A stretch of 60,082 nt of DNA. Source: Octopus bimaculoides. Its lineage: Eukaryota. A program made the translations under genes and the position numbers. Below, piece after piece: positions 55,976-60,082 of the stretch (position 1 is the stretch's first letter; each line of letters begins with the position of its first letter). The notes beneath the pieces are model-generated. The model did no database searches. It saw nothing but the letters and a program-made list of their open reading frames with translations, and was not told the origin of the DNA. Where the stretch lies: assembly GCF_001194135.2 (NCBI RefSeq), contig NC_068983.1:32444061-32504142 (forward strand). The letters run 5' to 3'.

Positions 55976-57608
55976 CACTGCCAAAACTTTGTTTCCAGGA
56001 CAGATCGTCTATCAGCAGTAAGAGTCTGTCCGTGAAACAAGTAATGTAGCATCACAATGTTGGAAAGGTCAACTCTAATTTACTGCCCTCGACTGAGTAT
56101 GTTTGCATTATCAACTCACTTTCAGATTAGCCAAAAGCTAAATTCGTACGTCGTACAAAAGCCATAATCATACATACCATACCTAGTCAATAACATCCAA
56201 CTGATTTTGTTATCAATTAAAGAAAAGTAAGCAGGGTATTCGCTATGTGAAGATTGTCAGGTTTTGCCAAGTCGCGTCGTTCCTGTAATTTTGCAGAGCA
56301 TTGATGCTCTATAAGTGGTGTCTGGATGTGCCGCGAATTTTTATAAAATATTATCTAAAACTGCAAAAAATCAATGTTAGATTATATTACTATTTAGCTT
56401 TGTTTAGGGTCACATTATTGTTCGAAAGCTTCAAACAAATTCGAAAATTTGATATCGTGATCTGATTTTCTTCCAGTTCAAACTAAAAATGAAAAGAGGT
56501 ACCTATCATCCAAGTGCTTTTAATAGGTACATTTGAGGTTATTTTAATTAATAACTCGCTAAAATACTCATAACAATTATTATTCTTGGTAGACTTATAT
56601 TTAATTGGCTCCTTAGCCTACAACACGCAGCCTCACATCCGTTATACGACCGCATTAGGTGCTGGGAAATCTTTTGGTACATTTAAAAATAAAATAAAAT
56701 GCATCTTATACACTGGAAATTATGGTAACTGTCATTTGCTTTCAATTTACCGGTGATAAGTGCAGGAAACATTCTAGGGAATACAATATGTGAATTAATA
56801 CGCTAACTAGTGCAAATGACAATAATGCATAAGCATCATTAGGCACACTGCTCAGGACAAGTGAACCAGAAATTCTCTTGGTTCTGTGGAAGATCCTTGC
56901 TCTTATCCATTTTTGTTTTTGCTCCCGACTGTTGTCCTATAATAATGTCAAGCTCAAGATCCTAAACTAAGTAGAGTAACTCAATGAAGTAGCCGAAGTA
57001 GTCGATGTTGAAAGTTTAAGGATGTACTCATTGGAGTGATGAAGGAAGATATTAAATAACTTATAACTGGAAGTTTTGGGAAGGTCTGTTACTGTTCTTT
57101 GCTAGTAATAACAGTGTAAAGCCCCAAACTGAGCACCATTACATAGTGCCAAAAGTTCTAGCCTCTCTACTTCAAGTGGCAAATAGTAAAAACAATAGAT
57201 TACGTATGCACACCAGTATAAGAGTGCATATGTTTGTGTGTGTGTATGTCTGTGTGTGTGTGTATGTAATAAAATGATGGTGAATCCTTTATAGAATTAT
57301 GACATTTAGAGTTTATAGAGATGAAAGATAACTGAATATATAATAAATGAATTCGTAAAGAAAGAAAATCATTCACAAAGGTTATCGTTAAACTTTAACG
57401 TTGATCTAAACGACATTGTTCCAGAAGTTATGATGTTTACAGTCCACACCACACTTACCATAATTTTTGCCGTTTTTCTTTGATATTGCATTTCTCGCTT
57501 TCTTCTTTTTCTTTTTTCTTTTGTACAATTTTGTATAGTCGCCATTGTGTCTAGATTTCTCATGACTATTTCGTTCAAAGCTAGAGATGGGAAACTTAAC
57601 ATTTTTTG

Positions 57609-57620
57609 CTGCTGCTGCTG

Positions 57621-57686
<66 letters not shown>
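57609..57686. repeat. (CTG)n(CTA)n microsatellite
   Basis: Directly visible. Confidence 0.97.
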
Positions 57687-58049
57687 TAAATACATTTATG
57701 CTTCAAAAACGAAAAGAACGACTTTTTCAATGAACAACAAAAATTGAGAAAATAAAACAAAAACTATGATGTGTGGGGGTCTCAGGTTTCTGCGTAAGGA
57801 ATTCTTTAAACTAATTTTATTTCATATCAGAATCCCTTTAGTATAGGTTTGGTACTTGTCTGATGGATGGAAAGGGTTACACAAAAGCAGGAGGGCTGGT
57901 ACTAAAAAGCGAGTTGAATAAACCAAATTGAAAATAAAAATGCAAGTAAATTATAAAACAAATATAACAAAGCAACAAAGTTTCAAGGTAGGGAATTCTT
58001 AAAATTAGTCTCTAAACATTTTCAACCTAGCCATAAGTTTTACATAATA

Positions 58050-58560
58050 TTTAATAGAAGAATGCCGAAGATTAGCTATTCTTGTTGTAAAAACTTCGCC
58101 TCTTTCATTAGCCAACAAAATACGAAAATAATTACAAATAACCGCAGTGCCGATTCTGATCCAAAGAGTTGCAATTGCAAAGATGAGTCCGCCTGTCCGT
58201 TGGAACGAAAATGTCTAGAGAAAGGGATTGTGTATAGGGCCAAAGTACAAATAGAAGGCTCACATGAATATAAAACATACACAGGGGCTTCAGAAAATTC
58301 TTTCAAAAGCAGATTTTATTCCCATATAAATTCCTTCCGGTACCCCGAAAATAGGACAAAGACTAGTCTGGCAAAACATGCCTGGGAATTGAAAGAAAAT
58401 GAAACCCGTCCTTTCAACGTGACATGGAAAATTTAAGATAAAGCATCAGCTTACAGGCATGGTGCTCATAAAATGTCCATCAAATGGGATTTATGCCTTT
58501 CGGAAAAATTCCATATTTTATTCCAGTTTTGTCGTATATGGTTTTTTCGCATCGCAACGA
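58050..58560 (+). mobile_element. Penelope-like element 3' part with GIY-YIG endonuclease
   Basis: KISYSC.....IS..N, CNC...CPL...C....IVY.A.V.....KTYTG.SE..FKSRFYSH..SF, SLAKHAWELK...VTWKI, DLCLSEK. Confidence 0.85.
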
Positions 58561-58620
58561 TATTGTATGTATTTCAACGTATTCTTTAAGAAAGCCTTCG
58601 ACTGTTATATATATATTATT

Positions 58621-59048
58621 AGGCGCAGGAGTGGCTATGTGGAAAGTAGCTTGCTTACCAACCACATGGTTCCGGGTTCATTTCCACTGCGTGGCACCTT
58701 GGGCAAGTGTCTTCTACTATAGCCTCGGGCCGCCGACCAAAGCCTTGTGAGTGGATTTGGTAGACGGAAACTGAAAGAAGCCTGTCGTATATATGTATAT
58801 ATGTATGTATGTATGTCTGTGTATGTGTGTCTGTGTTTGTCCCCCCAACATCGCTTGACAACCGATGGTGGTGTGTTTACGTCCCCGTAACTTAGCGGTT
58901 CGGCAAAAGAGACCGATAGAATAAGTACTAGGCATCCAAAGAATAAGTCCTGGGGTCGATTTACTCGACTAAAGGCGGTGCCACAGTCAAAATGGCTGAA
59001 ACAAGTAAAAGAGTAAAAGAGTAAAAGAGTAAAAGAGTAAAAGAGTAA
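58621..59048 (+). mobile_element. tRNA-derived SINE family B, full length
   Basis: aggcgcaggagtggctatgtgg...ggttccgggttca head, CORE-like ccttgggcaagtg, internal (TATG)n, (GTAAAAGA)n tail. Confidence 0.9.
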
Positions 59049-59169
59049 ATTCAAGTTTTTATTATTTTGTTTTATTGTATTTTACGAACCTATTTAATTA
59101 TTATATTTATAGATAATTCTACGCATGGAATACATTCTGCGGGCCATATCAACTTTTCTGTTTATATGA

Positions 59170-59640
59170 GCAGCCTAGCTTATGTTGTCCACAATTACTC
59201 CGAAGTCTCTGATGTTGTTGGATGCCATGAGAGTTTCATCTGAAGGAAGGGAGTATGGGATTTTCAAGGTATCCTCTTTTCCGAAGTGGATTAACTGAAG
59301 GCATTTCTGGGCGCCCACTTCATTGATGACTTTCTGGATCTTGGAATCATCTGAAAAAATTCCTATGCTGCTGTACTTGATGATGTCAGTAATGTCATTG
59401 ATGTAGACGATGAAAAGAAGTAGGCCCAGCACTGTACCTTGTGGAACACCACAACTAACTTTGGTTGGGCTTGATTTTACTCCTTCGATTATAACGTGTT
59501 GGGTTCTGTTTGTCAGGAAACACTTGTTCCATTGTAGTAACTTTCCAGAGACATCAAAGTTGGATAGTTTTTTCAAGAGAATCTTATGATCCACCCTGTC
59601 GAATCATTGCTGAAATCAAGGTAGATGACACCAGTATTCG
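59170..59640 (-). mobile_element. CR1/L2-like LINE reverse transcriptase fragment
   Basis: DHKILLKKL...FLTNRTQHV...GVPQGTVLGLLLFIVYINDI...FSDDSKI (catalytic YADD degenerate). Confidence 0.85.
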
Positions 59641-59734
59641 AGCCCTCTCCCAAAGTTCTAAAAATGTCATCAATGGGATGCAAGAGCTGTGTTATATATA
59701 TGTATGTATATACACACATAAATATATATGTATA

Positions 59735-60070
59735 GGGTGACTCCTTTCAGTCATGAATGACCATGGGATTGCACCTAGAAAGTTACTCTCCCAGGAACAA
59801 GTCCGGACAAGGTTGTTTATGGAAGATCAGCAGTCGTCCATGCATACCAGCCTACCCTCTCCACGCCACCGATGTTATCCAAGGGAAAGGCAAAGGCCGA
59901 TACAGCTTGGCACCAGTGACATTGCAACTCATTTCTACAGCTGAGTGAACTGGAGCAACGTGAAATAAAGTGTCTTGCTCAAGAACACAACACGCAGCCC
60001 GGTCCGGGAATCCAACTCACAACCTCACGGTGGTAAGCTCGACGCTCTAACCACTCAGCTATGCGCCTTC
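59735..60070 (-). mobile_element. tRNA-derived SINE family D
   Basis: Head ggaaggcgcatagctgagtggttagagcg...gagttggattccc, then tgtgttcttgagcaagacactt. A decayed copy lies at ~8540-8660. Confidence 0.85.
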
Positions 60071-60082
60071 CCAATATATATA

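Overview
AT-rich, repeat-dense eukaryotic DNA with several N gaps. It is almost certainly from a cephalopod (octopus-type SINEs and microsatellites); this is inferred from repeat style, not from a search. I reconstructed by hand one complete protein-coding gene on the minus strand (51590->8144): 10 coding exons, all GT-AG, all phases compatible, 2772 nt, 923 aa. It encodes a DEG/ENaC (ASIC/FaNaC/ENaC superfamily) channel subunit with the pre-TM1 HG motif, TM1, all 14 conserved ectodomain cysteines, TM2 with a GSS filter and a short C-tail. The standout feature is exon 8 (1516 nt). It inserts roughly 450 extra residues, apparently helical and rich in N-glycosylation sequons, into the knuckle region, nearly doubling the subunit. 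Introns and flanks contain mostly decayed transposons: two Chapaev3-type elements (one full-length with TIRs and a TTA TSD), pogo, mariner, Merlin and Helitron remnants, Tx1/L1, R4/Dong, RTE, CR1-like and Penelope retroelements, and many tRNA-derived SINEs. Two smaller curiosities are a Penelope-type minimal hammerhead ribozyme motif and a 598-bp foldback MITE centred on a telomeric-repeat palindrome. I found no CRISPR array, rRNA or genuine tRNA gene. Most ORFs in the supplied track are microsatellite, gap or transposon artefacts. Family names for transposons come from recalled motifs and were not database-checked.
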